From: Mobula hypostoma
Taxonomy: Eukaryota
Direction: 5' to 3'
Length of the DNA: 64,000 nucleotides
Assembly: GCF_963921235.1 (NCBI RefSeq)
Contig: NC_086097.1
Coordinates: 152,460,001 to 152,524,000, forward strand
The notes below the pieces were generated by a model, which saw nothing but the letters and a program-made list of their open reading frames with translations, was not told where the DNA came from and made no database searches. Within the stretch, counting starts at the first letter, position 1; every line of letters begins with the position of its first letter. Shown here piece after piece: positions 24,675-35,785 of this stretch. The position numbers and the translations under genes were made by a program.

Positions 24675-24903
24675 CTACCCCTCCCCTCCTATCCCTTCTC
24701 CTTTGCCTTTCTCCTCCCCTTCCCCCTCCCCTTCTCCCCCTCTCCCCTCTCCCTCTCTCTCTCCCTTTCTCTCCCTCTCTCCCTCTCCCCTTCTCTCCCT
24801 CTCTCCCTCTCTCCCTCTCTCCCTCTCTCTCTCTTCCCCTCTATCCCCCTTCTCCCCCTCTCTCCCCTTTCCCTCCCCCTCTCTCCCCCTCACTCTCCCT
24901 CTC
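24675..24903. repeat. C/T-rich low-complexity expansion within the 3' LTR
   Basis: About 230 bp of almost pure pyrimidines with (CCCTCT)-like units. Confidence 0.9.
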
Positions 24904-25069
24904 AAATGTCAATACACCAGTTAAAGTTATCTCCACTGTGAATGTTTGTATTTTATTGGTATATAGCTCTGCATAGGTACAACAGTTAGTGTTAATCATT
25001 TTACTCCTGATTGTTTTGGCTCACACAGATGTTTTAGAATGCAGTGCTGGCATCAGTGAATACGTGGGT

Positions 25070-27002
25070 GAAATTTTGAGAGTACAAAATTTGTATGTGC
25101 CAGTCATATTAAAAGGCAAATCTAACAGGTTTAGGGAACTTGGATTTAAAAGAGATATTGAGAGCCTGGTTAAGAAAAAAAAAGGAGTTGCATAGCAGGT
25201 ATAGGCAGGAACAAATGAGATACTTGAGGAGTATAAGAAATGCAAGACACACTTTAGAAAGAAATCAGGAGACCAAAAAGAAGGCATGAGGTTGCTCTAG
25301 CAGACCAGGAGAAGGGGAACCCTAAGGACAGACATGTGAAGAGCAAAAGGAATACAAGGGAAAAAATTGGTCCTCTGGAAGATCAGCATAGTGATCTATG
25401 TGTGGAGCCAAAAGAGATGCGAGAGATCTTAAATGGATTTATTGCATCTGTATTTACTTAAGAGACAGACTGGGAGTCTATAGAAGTGAAGCAGAGCAGC
25501 AGTGATGTCACAGACCCTATGCAGATTACAGAGGTGGAGATGTTTGCTGTCTTGAGGGAATTCAGAGTGAACAAATCCCCAGGGCCTGATAAGGTGTTCC
25601 CTTGGACCCTGTAGGAGGCAAATGTAGAAATTGCAGGGGCTCTAACAGAGATATTTAAATCATTCTCAGCGGCAGGTGAGGTACGAGAGGATTGCAGGAT
25701 AGCTAAAGTTACTCTGCTGCTTAAGACACTTTGAATAAACCAGGAAATTATAGGTTGGAGAATCTGACATCAGTAGTGGGAAAGTTATTGGAAAGTATTC
25801 TGAAGGACTGGATATATGAGCATTTGGATAGACAGGGAGTGATTAGGAATAGTCAGCATGGCTTTGTGCGTGTTAGGTTGTGTCTAAAAAAATCTTACAG
25901 TGTTTTTTGAGGAAGTTACCAGGAAACTGGATGAAAGCAAGGCAGTGGATGTTGTCTACATGGACTTCAGCAAGGCATTTGACAAGATCCTGCAAGGGAG
26001 GCTGGTTAGAAAGGTTCAGTTGCTTGGCATTCAGGCTGAGGTAGTTAATTGGATTAGACATTAACTTTGTTGGAGAAGTCAGAGACTGGTAGTAGAGGGT
26101 TGCCTCTCTGTCTAGAGGCCTGTGACTAGTGGAACGCCTCCAGGATTAGTGCTGGGTCTGTTGTTGTTTGTTATCTATATCAATGATCCAGTTGATAATG
26201 TGGTTAACTGAATCAGCAGATTTTTGAATGACACCAGAACTGGGGACAGAAAGGATGTCTATAAAAAGGTTGCCAGGGGGGGCTAGACCAGCTGGAAAAA
26301 TGAATTGAAAAATGACAGATGGAATTTAATGCAGGCAAGTGTGAGATGTACTTTTGGTGGCCCAGCAGGGCAGGTCTTACACAATGAGCAGCAGGGCACT
26401 GAAGAGCGTGATAGAACAAAGAGATATGGGAATTCAGGTCCATAATTCATCAAAAGTAGTGTTACAGGTAGATCGGGTTGTAAAGAAAGCTTTTGCACAT
26501 TGGCCTTCTGAAAGAGTAGAGAGAAAATCTGCAAGGATGTTGCTATTTCTAGAGGATTGAGTTATAAGGAAAGTTTGAAGAGGTTAGAACTTTATTCCCT
26601 GGAATGTGGAAGATTGAGGGGAGATTTGATAGAAGTATACAAATTTATGAGGGGTATAGACAGGGTAAATGCAAGAAGGCTATTTCCACTAAAGTTGGGT
26701 GGTACTGCAACTAGAGGCCATAGGTTAAGGGTGAAAGGTGAAAAGCGTAAGGGGAACATGAGGCAAAACTTCTTCACTTGGAGTGTTTGAGTGTGGAACA
26801 AACGAGCTGCCAGCACAAGTGGTGGATGCCTTTTCGATTTCAATGTTTGAGAAGTTAGGATAGGTACGTGGATGGGAGGGGGATGGAGGGCTGTGGTGCA
26901 GGTGCAGGTCGATGGGACTAGGCATTTAAAATGGTTTGGAATGGACTAGATGGACCAAAGGACCTGCTTCTGTGCTATAGTTCTCTATGAATCTATTCTA
27001 TG
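25070..27002 (+). mobile_element. Decayed CR1 LINE (tether, RT, 3' end) with an internal deletion near 26510
   Basis: AAATCCCCAGGGCCTGAT (KSPGPD), QHGF, VYMDFSKAFDK, SYKESLKRLELYSLECGRLRGDLIEVYKFMRG. Confidence 0.9.
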
Positions 27003-30000
27003 TGTGCGTATAAAGCTATCGATTAATTAAAGTATTCCTGTCCACTGAAGTCACAGGAGCTTTGTGAGATTTCAGTAAGAGGACTGATAAGAATTCTCAA
27101 ATGGTTGTCAAACAAACCACTCTCCTCCTTCCCGTAAGTGACAGTAACTGAGTTTGATCAAGCCGAACTTGATTCCTCGTACAAGGAAGGTCATCAATAA
27201 TAGGAAAGTCAGCGCTACTAGGAAGCCAAACAAATCCTGATAACTTTTGCTGTCACTTTAGGCGTAAGGAACAGGGCTGTCAAATGGCCAGCATTTCCAG
27301 ATGATTTAAGTTATCAATTGTTTGTGTTGAAAGGTTTCTTGTTGAATGAGCTTCTAAAGTAAAAAATTAGCAGCCTCTAGCATTCTAGTGGAACCAAGCA
27401 AGACATGATGTATAAACATTCAGATATTCTTTTTGAGTTAATCTTGAGGGAAAAGAATATATGGGTAGAAAATAATAAATTGAGTTTAATTGCTTCAATC
27501 ATAAAAGATCTAGCCTGATATTAATACAATCTTTGGTATAATTGGTAGGTTTTCTTCAGTGCACTCAATGTCATCAAAATGAATGCAACTAAAAGCAAAT
27601 GGCTTTTGTAGGTAGTAAATTGGAAGTAACAAAGCAGAGCATGTAACTCCGCAAAGCAAACAGGTAACATTACTGTTGCTGCACTGTTTAGGTAACAAAA
27701 TAAGATCATTCCATCTTTGAGTTTAACATTGATAAATGTCACTATTACTTTCCTTTCAAATTGAAATGGAACATTCTATTGTCTTGTGACTATTTCTAAA
27801 ATCGTAATGAAATAAACTATAAATTATCCCTATTCTGGGGCTGACAGTTAGCTATAATTGTAGTAAAATGCATGACAATAATTTGAAATAACCCAAAATG
27901 ATGCACATTACTCTCCTACTTCCAAAACGAATCAGCATGGTTTTTAGTGAGTTTTAAAATTAGACTGTGAATTCCGCAGAGCACAATCCAATAAAAGCTA
28001 TAATTATGTAACAATCACTGTGCTTATCGTGATTCAGACAAGTGAGATCCAAATACTTGCACTGCCCATTGGTGGGATATCTATTATTGAGCTCAAATGG
28101 AGTCTTAATGGGCACTTACAGCACTTGACGCACAGCTGCTATAAAAGTGTGAAGCAATGACACAGATAGAATTTGCAATTCATTTAATTTTATTTGTGCA
28201 AGTTGATCGTTATGATTGTATCAGTAGGGTAGTTACTACCTTAGTTAACCCCTGAAGGTTACTGTGCACTTGACAACTTTTGCTACTGTTTAACTTTAAA
28301 AACAATGGGAAAAAAAATCTTCTGATTTATTTTCAGTCTCACAGCTTGTCCACAAACAAGTAAAGCCCATGATTCTGAGAACTTGTAATTGCAGGAAGCC
28401 TTGCTGTCCAACTAACCTTTTTCACAAAATTCCTTATCGAAAGCAGCCCATGTTTAACTTTCCTCATACACTTTGCTTGAAAAGAAAGGAAGGGCATGCA
28501 TCTCTTCTCTATTAATAGATCACATTCAAAAATATTTTTTGTACTCTATAGAGACCGAAGTATTTGCCCCCTGGAAGGAGAGATTGTGGCACACAGGAAG
28601 TGCCAAAATTACACAAGTGACTTTGCAAAGGAACTGCATCTTTCATCTTCTATTATGGCAAGGTCGGCTCCATTGAATATTCTTCTGAAAATCCTGGTGC
28701 ATCAGTCGTGATTGCTCAGGAAAACCAGCAACATCTACAATTAGAGGCACGCCACTGCCCAGGGAGCAATGAAATATAAAGAGCAACTTGCATTTATACC
28801 TAATATAGTAAAGTCTCACAATGAGGTTCAAAGGTATATTTATATATAGTGGTATCAGAGCAGCAAAGTGGCACAGTCAGGTTGGATCCTGATCTGAAAT
28901 GCACTGCGGAGTTTGCATATCATCACTATAAGTAGTGGCTGTGTCAGTTAGAGACTGTCAATTTTTCCAAGTATGCTTGTGATTAAAAGAATCAGGGCAA
29001 TGATAATAAGAATGTAGGAGAAAAGATGTGGGATAAGTGCAGCATAGATGTCAATGGGCTCTTGCTGGCAGGCATGGACTTGATGAGCACAATGGACAGC
29101 TTTTATGTTATTCTGTGACTCTGATAATTAGAGGTAAGAAACTAGAACAATGTTTTTATAAATAGAGCAGAGGCTGAAAGTTTTATAGGGGAACCATAGG
29201 AAGAAGGCCTAGGTAACTGAAAACATTACTGCCAATAGTGGAGAGATGAAAATCAAAGACACACAAAAGATTAAAAGAGTATTTTAAAACTAAAGTACTG
29301 ACATTGAAAGCCCTTCTTACTTTGGATGTTTTCCCTGGGGAGCAATGTGTAATGAGGAGCTGGAGAACTCTTCAGGTATTGCTGAAACATTTTGCTGAGA
29401 CAGCCTGCCCAGTGAGCAACCTCCCCACCCCCTTTCTGTTGGTCTGAGCACTCAATGAGTCAGATTTCTTCCACTGAATTTACAGCCCTATTGTGTGAAA
29501 TTCCAAAGTATTTGTTCAAAACATATTTGCTTCAGACCTGAAGCAAAGCAGTCTTCATCCATGCAGTCAGCCAATTCATTGCAAACTGGTGGTAAGGTAT
29601 ATAGATGGGACCAATAAACAAGTTTTGCCTCTATAATCTAGAAATCACTTTTGCCCTTTCACTCAGATTATTCTTCTTGTTTCTTGTTACTAATAATGTC
29701 CTTCAGTTAGTAGGGTTATTGGATTGTTGCTTCCTAATGGTTCAGATTCAACTTTCAGCATTTGTAAACAGTCAAGTTTACCCCAAAGGCCTCTTCACCT
29801 TTGTCTACTGAATTTAATTGCATTATTTCTTTATTTCACATTTTAAGGTCACACTAGCAATGTTGTCATCACCAAGTAGCCCTAGGTCCTACAACAAAGC
29901 AACTGCCACACCACATTTTGTGAGCGCATTACACACATGCATTGATTATTTTATTTCAATTAAACCAAATGTTCCATGCCAAACTTTCAACAGGGGACAA

Positions 30001-31182
30001 GCCATGAGAAATTAAAAAAGTGCTAAATCCTTCATCCAATGATCATCCATGTATGACATAATATATGTGTAATATCCAGACATAACTGTTTTCTGGAGCT
30101 GGTATAGACCAGAGGAAGTCAGAAGGGCTATTTCTCAGTGGCAGTGGCACATTGCTACAAACCCCAGCAAACTAGCACAATTGTGATCGTCATCATGAAC
30201 ATTGGCTGTTCAATTCCACAATGAATTATCAAGACATTTGTTCCACACTAACACAGTAGAATTAAAACTACACTCACTATTGCAGACCTACTAGACTATT
30301 GACTGAAACGATAAGCTGCCATGACCAAGTAGACGGCTCTGGAGTGACAGTGCTTTTAAGCGTTAGGAACAGGACATGAATCCCTGTCAAAAAGTGAGCT
30401 CAGGAATATAAAAGGGGTGTTAGAAGGGAAAGAAACGAAGCTGGAAGTGGATAGTAAAAATATTAGCAAAATAGTGGCAGAAACAAAGGCAGGCGGTAAA
30501 GGTGTCAGAGTACGGAATAGACAAATGTAAAGGCAACATATCTGAATGCACAATGCATCCAAAACAAAGTGGATGAATCCATGATAAAAAGTATTCATTT
30601 ATAGATATAATTTCATTAGAATTATGAAAATTTGGCTACAGGATCTGAATATTTCATGCAGTAGATCTTCAAGATATTCAAAATTTATGGGTACATTTAC
30701 AAGGGAAAGGTATTAGGGTAGTGCTGACAAAACCCAATGACATCAATGCAATAATCAGAAATAAAAGTTGGATTGGAAGATTGTATACAGCTAAGGATCA
30801 GCCTGCGCATGTTTGTTTTCAAGTCTCTGAAAAGTAGTTATGATACAAAGTATAGTAAGAATAAGCAAAACTTGGTAGTAGACTAATAATTGGGATCTTT
30901 AATCTGCATATGCAGTGGGATAATCAAATTAGTTCTGACACTAAAGGATGAGTTTTTAGATTTATGTATGGGATAGATGGATTTTGAGATCAGTTTGTTG
31001 AGGAATTAAATCAGAAATAGGCTACTCTATATAAGTACTGTGCAATGAGAAAAGGTTAATTAATGATCTTATAAAGGAGCTTTAGGAAAGAGTGACCACA
31101 ATATGAGAGAATTTTGCACTAAATATGAAAGTGATGTTGTGTAATCTGAAGACAGGATTTTCATTTTAAAAAAAGGTAATAA

Positions 31183-31274
31183 AGAAATGCCTCAGCCCGA
31201 AACGTCGACTGTTTCTCGATTTCCATCGAGGCTGCCTGGTCTACTGAGTTCCTCCAGTATTTTATGTGTGTTGC
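31183..31274 (+). mobile_element. Short PLE 3'-end fragment with the 3' half of the hammerhead
   Basis: CTCAGCCCGAAACGTCGACTG...GCTGCCTGG...TGTGTGTTGC; imperfect flanking repeat AAAAGGTAATAA / AAAAGTAATAA. Confidence 0.75.
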
Positions 31275-32029
31275 AAAAGTAATAAGGGGAAGGTTGACTG
31301 TTGTAGACCGAAAAATTACATTAAATTGTATGACTGTCGCCATGTAATGGCTAGTATTTAATGAAATAAATAATACACATTAAAGCTCAAAGACATGACA
31401 GTAAAATGGTCCAACATAGGCTACAGGACAACATAGAGTCAGCATCAAATCTAGGGAAAATAACTTAAATGCAAATAAACGGCAAACATGAAAAGTGAGT
31501 TCATTTTGGAATTCAGCAATGGACGACAAAGATATTGATAAAAGAATGGAAAATGGAATATACATATACACTAGCAAAAAGAAAACCACAAGATATTCTG
31601 TAGGTCATTAAAAAATGAAAATTATGAACGAAGCCAAATGTGTGTCCCTTAAGACAGAGGCAGGAAAATTATAAGTGAGAATTGGGGTATGCTGTGTCTG
31701 CCTTCATGGAAGAAGGTACAATAGTACAATAGATAGCTCCCAGAAAGAGATCCAATGGACAATACATTTAAAGAACTTAAAATAAATTAAAATTATAAAT
31801 TTTAATTAAAATTAATTAAATTAATTTTAATTAAATAAATTAAAATATATCCGTACTAATTTAGAAATCAAAATGAAGTTAATCAGCCAGAAAAATGTTA
31901 AAGCTATAACTGTATAATCTATATCCTAGATTTATGAAAGTGACAGTTTGATAGTCACAGTCTAAAATTCTATACATTTGGAATTATCACTTCTGATTGG
32001 GAATTGCAAATAAGATTCCACTATTGAAT

Positions 32030-32660
32030 TGTGTCGATAGTCAGAGGCTTTTTCCCAGGGCTGAAATGGCTAGCATAAGAGGGCATAGTTTTAAGGTGCT
32101 TGGAAGTAGGTACAGAGGAGATGTTAGGGGTAAATTTTTTTCACAGAGAGTGATGAGTGTGTGGAATGGGCTGCTGGCAGTGGTGCTGGAGTCGGAAATG
32201 ATAGGGTCTTTTAAGAGACTCCTGGATGGATACATGGAGCTTAGAAAAATAGACGGCTATGGGTAAGCCTAGGTAGTTCTAAGGTAAAGGATCTATTCGG
32301 CACAGCTTTGTGGGCCGAAGGGCCTGTATTGTGCTACACACACAAAATGCTGGTGGAATGCAGCAGACCAGGCAGCACCTATAGGAAGAAATACAGTTGA
32401 CGTTTTGGGCCGAGACTTTTCATTAGGACTAACTGAAAGAAGAGATAGTAAGACCACTTTCAAATCTCTTACTATCTCTTCTTTCAGTTAGTCCTGACAA
32501 AGGGTCTCGGCCCAAAACATCGACTGTACTTCTTCCTATAGATGCTGCCTGGCCTGCTGCGTTCCACCAGCACTTTGTGTGTGTTGCTTGAATTTCCAGC
32601 ATCTGCAGATGTCCTCGTGTTTGCTGTATTGTGCTGTAGGTTTTCTATGTTTCCATGTTC
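32030..32660 (+). mobile_element. CR1 3' fragment, interrupted by the PLE fold-back element
   Basis: DSQRLFPRAEMASIRGHSFKVLGSRYRGDVRGKFFSQRV...; tail TTTCTATGTTTCCATGTTCC. Confidence 0.9.
32336..32623. mobile_element. 288-bp PLE-derived fold-back element with two decayed hammerheads
   Basis: Inverted arms 32336-32453 and 32467-32584, 13-nt spacer, tail to 32623; 12-bp TSD CTGTATTGTGCT at 32324-32335 and 32624-32635. Confidence 0.92.
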
Positions 32661-33611
32661 CTATATTAGAAAGGAAAGAGAGAGAAAATGCGTACCTGAA
32701 TTTGGTAGTTGAAAAGTTGCTGGAAATAATAATAAAAACATGATCATAAAATATTTATGAAGTGATAATATGATTGTCAATTTTATATTAATAAAAAGGA
32801 AACAATACTTAACCAATTGACTGGGATTCTTTGAGGACATGTCTGGTAGCATAGCTGAGAAAGAACCAGTAGGTATGATGTATTCAGTTTTTGATAAGAT
32901 CCCATGCAACAAGATAATGAATAAGATTAATGAGCATGGAATTTATGGCAATATATGAACACTGTTTGAGAATTCAAAAACAGATAGGAAACAAAGTACA
33001 GGAATAATTGGGTCTTTCTCTGGTTGGCTGGCTGCGACTAATCAAGTACCACAGGGATCAGTTCTTGAACCAATTCACAATCTGATAGAACTCAGAATTA
33101 TACAGCAGAGAAAGAGGGCCTTCAACCCAATTCATCCATTTGACCAAGGTGTCTATCTGAGCTTAACCTATTTGCCTGCATTAGGTCCATATTTCTCTAT
33201 GCTTTTTCTATTCATGACTTTTCCAAATTTCCTTTAGAGATTGTACTTCTGTGAGAATTACCCATTGAAACACAGGTAATGTTCAGGCGTCAGGGAACAG
33301 GTTTGGTGGAGGAGAATAGGTATTGAGATGACTATGTATCTGGGTATGAGTTCATCAAAGAAATGAGAAAGTGCTGTAATTATGGGGCAGAGCTGGTTAA
33401 AAATAATTCTACATTTGAAAATGAACATAACCCTTAAATAGACATTTAGAGCAGGCAAGGAACAAAGAACATAAGACGTAGGGTACATAGCCTGTGCTGT
33501 GTCAACCAACAGTCTATAAACCCACTTCATGATCAATCTAACTCTTCCCTTCTACACAGTCCATAACCCTCCATTTTTAAGTTTCAAAGTAGCATTAAAA
33601 TTTATGGTTCA

Positions 33612-34196
33612 TGTAACACTTGCTTTGCCTAGCGGCTCACTCTAGGGGGTGATAACGCCACTGCCCGGCCAAAACTTAATAAATCTTGTTTGGGTGGATG
33701 CTGTACGATGTGTCCCCTGTTTCAAATCAGTACCTAGAACTAGCAAATAGTACACAATATGTGGTTGAACGATTAAGAATTGTACCTCTTACTTTGACTA
33801 TATGGTTAGTAGAGAAACAAAATATAAAAGAAAAAGACGCCAATCTTATTAAACAGTCTGTGCACAGATCGTTGGAGCTCATTCAGCAAGATCTTCTTTC
33901 CACCATTCGATCTCCTCTGAGCGTCGCCAACCTCCGGACTCCCGTCCAGAGTCCACCCGGTGGGGTGACCCACCAACTCCCTCAAGTCGCGTCTCCTCTT
34001 TTCATTCCCCTCACGCCTTCCGGAAAAAGCCCGTGAAACCAACAGCTTCCAGACACACAAGAAAGAATAACATTTCCCTCATTGGATAGCCACTGAATAC
34101 CAAGTCCCATTATCTCTAGTCATAACCCAAATATTGCAGCTACAGAGAAGCCATTACATTAGCCTTAGCAGTTAACATTACAGAGAAGCCCTTATA
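33612..34196 (-). mobile_element. Probable solo LTR
   Basis: Starts TGTAAC and ends CCTTATA (probably decayed ...TTACA, as in the internal repeat at 34141-34158). Flanks TTCA/CTCA; CpG-richer than surroundings. Orientation tentative. Confidence 0.55.
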
Positions 34197-35704
34197 CTCA
34201 TCAGGAAAACCTTAGTCTGTTGTGTGACAACAAAATAAATAAGATCAATCCAGAGTAGATCTGCAAGTGTGACACTTACTGAATGGATTGTTTGATCATT
34301 TGCATAATGTGTGCATGTGTGCAGACTAATAAATCAGATGTACTATTTTGAGTTCTGTGGTTCAAACTGTTAAGCCTAGCACCGGGTTAGATCAAAGTAA
34401 AGTGTTGTCGAGGAAACAGACAAGGACTCAGGAATTTAACCAAAGCATGGGGGTGTTTATTTAACATCTCCTTCCCACAGCTACAGTACCTGCAGTCAGA
34501 ACAGCCTATGTGACAGTAATGGCATGAACGTACTGTTAACATACTCAGTACACTACACCTGCACTACAATATGCAGGTCCCGAAACAAACTAAAAGCATA
34601 GACATCACATTCAGTTAAATCAAACTTCCTGAAAGACAAATATATATATATATATATATTCTATAACTGAGTTTGTAAAAAGATGAACATACTGGAAATA
34701 CTCAACAGGATTGGCAGCATCTGTGGAGAGAGAAACACTGTTAAGATTCTGATGGAAGGTGACTGCTATCAAATATTAAAATTTTATGCTACTTATCCTG
34801 GTGATTATTTCCAGCATTTCCATGGTTTTGCTCTACTGACATCAGTTGTGGTACAGCACTGCAGTCAACTTAATATTTTTGAAAGGAATTGAGTCCTTTT
34901 CCCTCTACCACCTTTGCAGACGATGAGTTCTGGATCCTCCTCTCACCTTGCCACACCATCTGATGGAAAACATGGCTTTGTTGTTGGCTCCAAAATGAGA
35001 AATAGGCTCCTCCTGTTCATCATATATAAGTCTCTCATAATTTTATGCACAACTTATTTCAGCCTCATTAGCATTTCTTACCACCTAGTGTTTTCCCTCC
35101 AAACCCTAATTTTCCATGCGATCAAGCACTAATCTGGTTTTTCCCCAGTAGCCACCTGCCACCCACCTATACTAGTGGTATTTTAGGTAGCTAATTAACC
35201 TACTAACATGCCTCTGCATGTGGGAAGAAACCTAAGCAGCAGAGGAAATTACAAGAAGAACATGAAAATAACAGCTGCACACAGACATTTCCCAAGGTCA
35301 GGAAGGAACCAGGATTTCTGTAATTGTAAGGCAGCAGTGTTAACTGCTGCACCATTGTACCTGCTAGTTACTCTAGCAATGAGAAGGGTTGAAGAAATAA
35401 CTTAAGAGTTGAAGGGGTTGAATTTCTGACAAAGAGTCACAAACTCATGACTTGTGTCATGTGACTACGACTAACTCAAAATGTTAACTGTTTTTCTATT
35501 TCCACACGCAGCCCAACTTGCTGGGTTTCTTTACTTTGATTTCATATTTCCAGCAGCTGCAGATTTAAAAAAAAAATCAATTACTGTTGGAAAAAATCAA
35601 TAGTATTTTTTAAATTTAATTCTCAATAAGGTCAAAGAGAACAAATTCAAAGACAAATAGCAAACAGCGCAAGAAAACTTTGCATATCTGACCATCTCTT
35701 AGAT

Positions 35705-35785
35705 TAGGAGTTCCCAAACTTTTTTTATGCCATGGACAGCTACCATTAAGCAAGGGGTCTATGGAGGCCAGATTGACAACCTCTG
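35705..35785. mobile_element. 81-bp decayed hAT-type MITE
   Basis: Ends TAGGAGTTCCCAAAC / GATTGACAACCTCTG resemble CAGGGGTTCCCAACC TIRs; 8-bp flanks TCTTAGAT/TGTTGGAT (6 of 8). Confidence 0.65.

Larger units (their letters stand above)
21329..24984 (+). mobile_element. Internally deleted, decayed Ty3/Gypsy LTR retrotransposon (copy A)
   Basis: 5' LTR 21329-21503 (TG...CA); primer-binding site TGGCGACGAG at 21508-21517; gag from ATG 21679 with two CCHC-like knuckles at about 22224-22326; protease LDTG at 22534-22545; integrase fragment 23075-23527 (FARKGLPEQIVS...SAPHHLATNGLADGF); polypurine tract at about 24569-24582; 3' LTR 24583-24984; degenerate TSD GTAAA/GTTAG. Confidence 0.9.
30440..33085 (+). 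mobile_element. Very old CR1 relic (endonuclease to RT) hosting several younger insertions
   Basis: Degenerate landmarks TATCTGAATGCACA, GGATCTTTAATCTGCATAT, TTAGGAAAGAGTGACCACAATATG and GTACCACAGGGATCAGTTCTTG occur in CR1 order. Confidence 0.6.

Noticed and set aside
24645..24976. Several Pro/Leu/Ser- or Glu/Gly/Arg-rich ORFs
   Set aside because: Artefacts of the C/T tract, which cannot contain stop codons.
32336..32584. Classification as a DNA-transposon MITE or pre-miRNA
   Set aside because: The arms derive from the PLE 3' end, the TSD is 12 bp and lies outside an asymmetric tail; this fits retro-insertion.
33686..34036. 116-aa ORF
   Set aside because: Inside a probable solo LTR; no recognisable motif.
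34403..34568. TGTTGT...ACTACA segment resembling a short solo LTR
   Set aside because: No TSD found at either possible right end.
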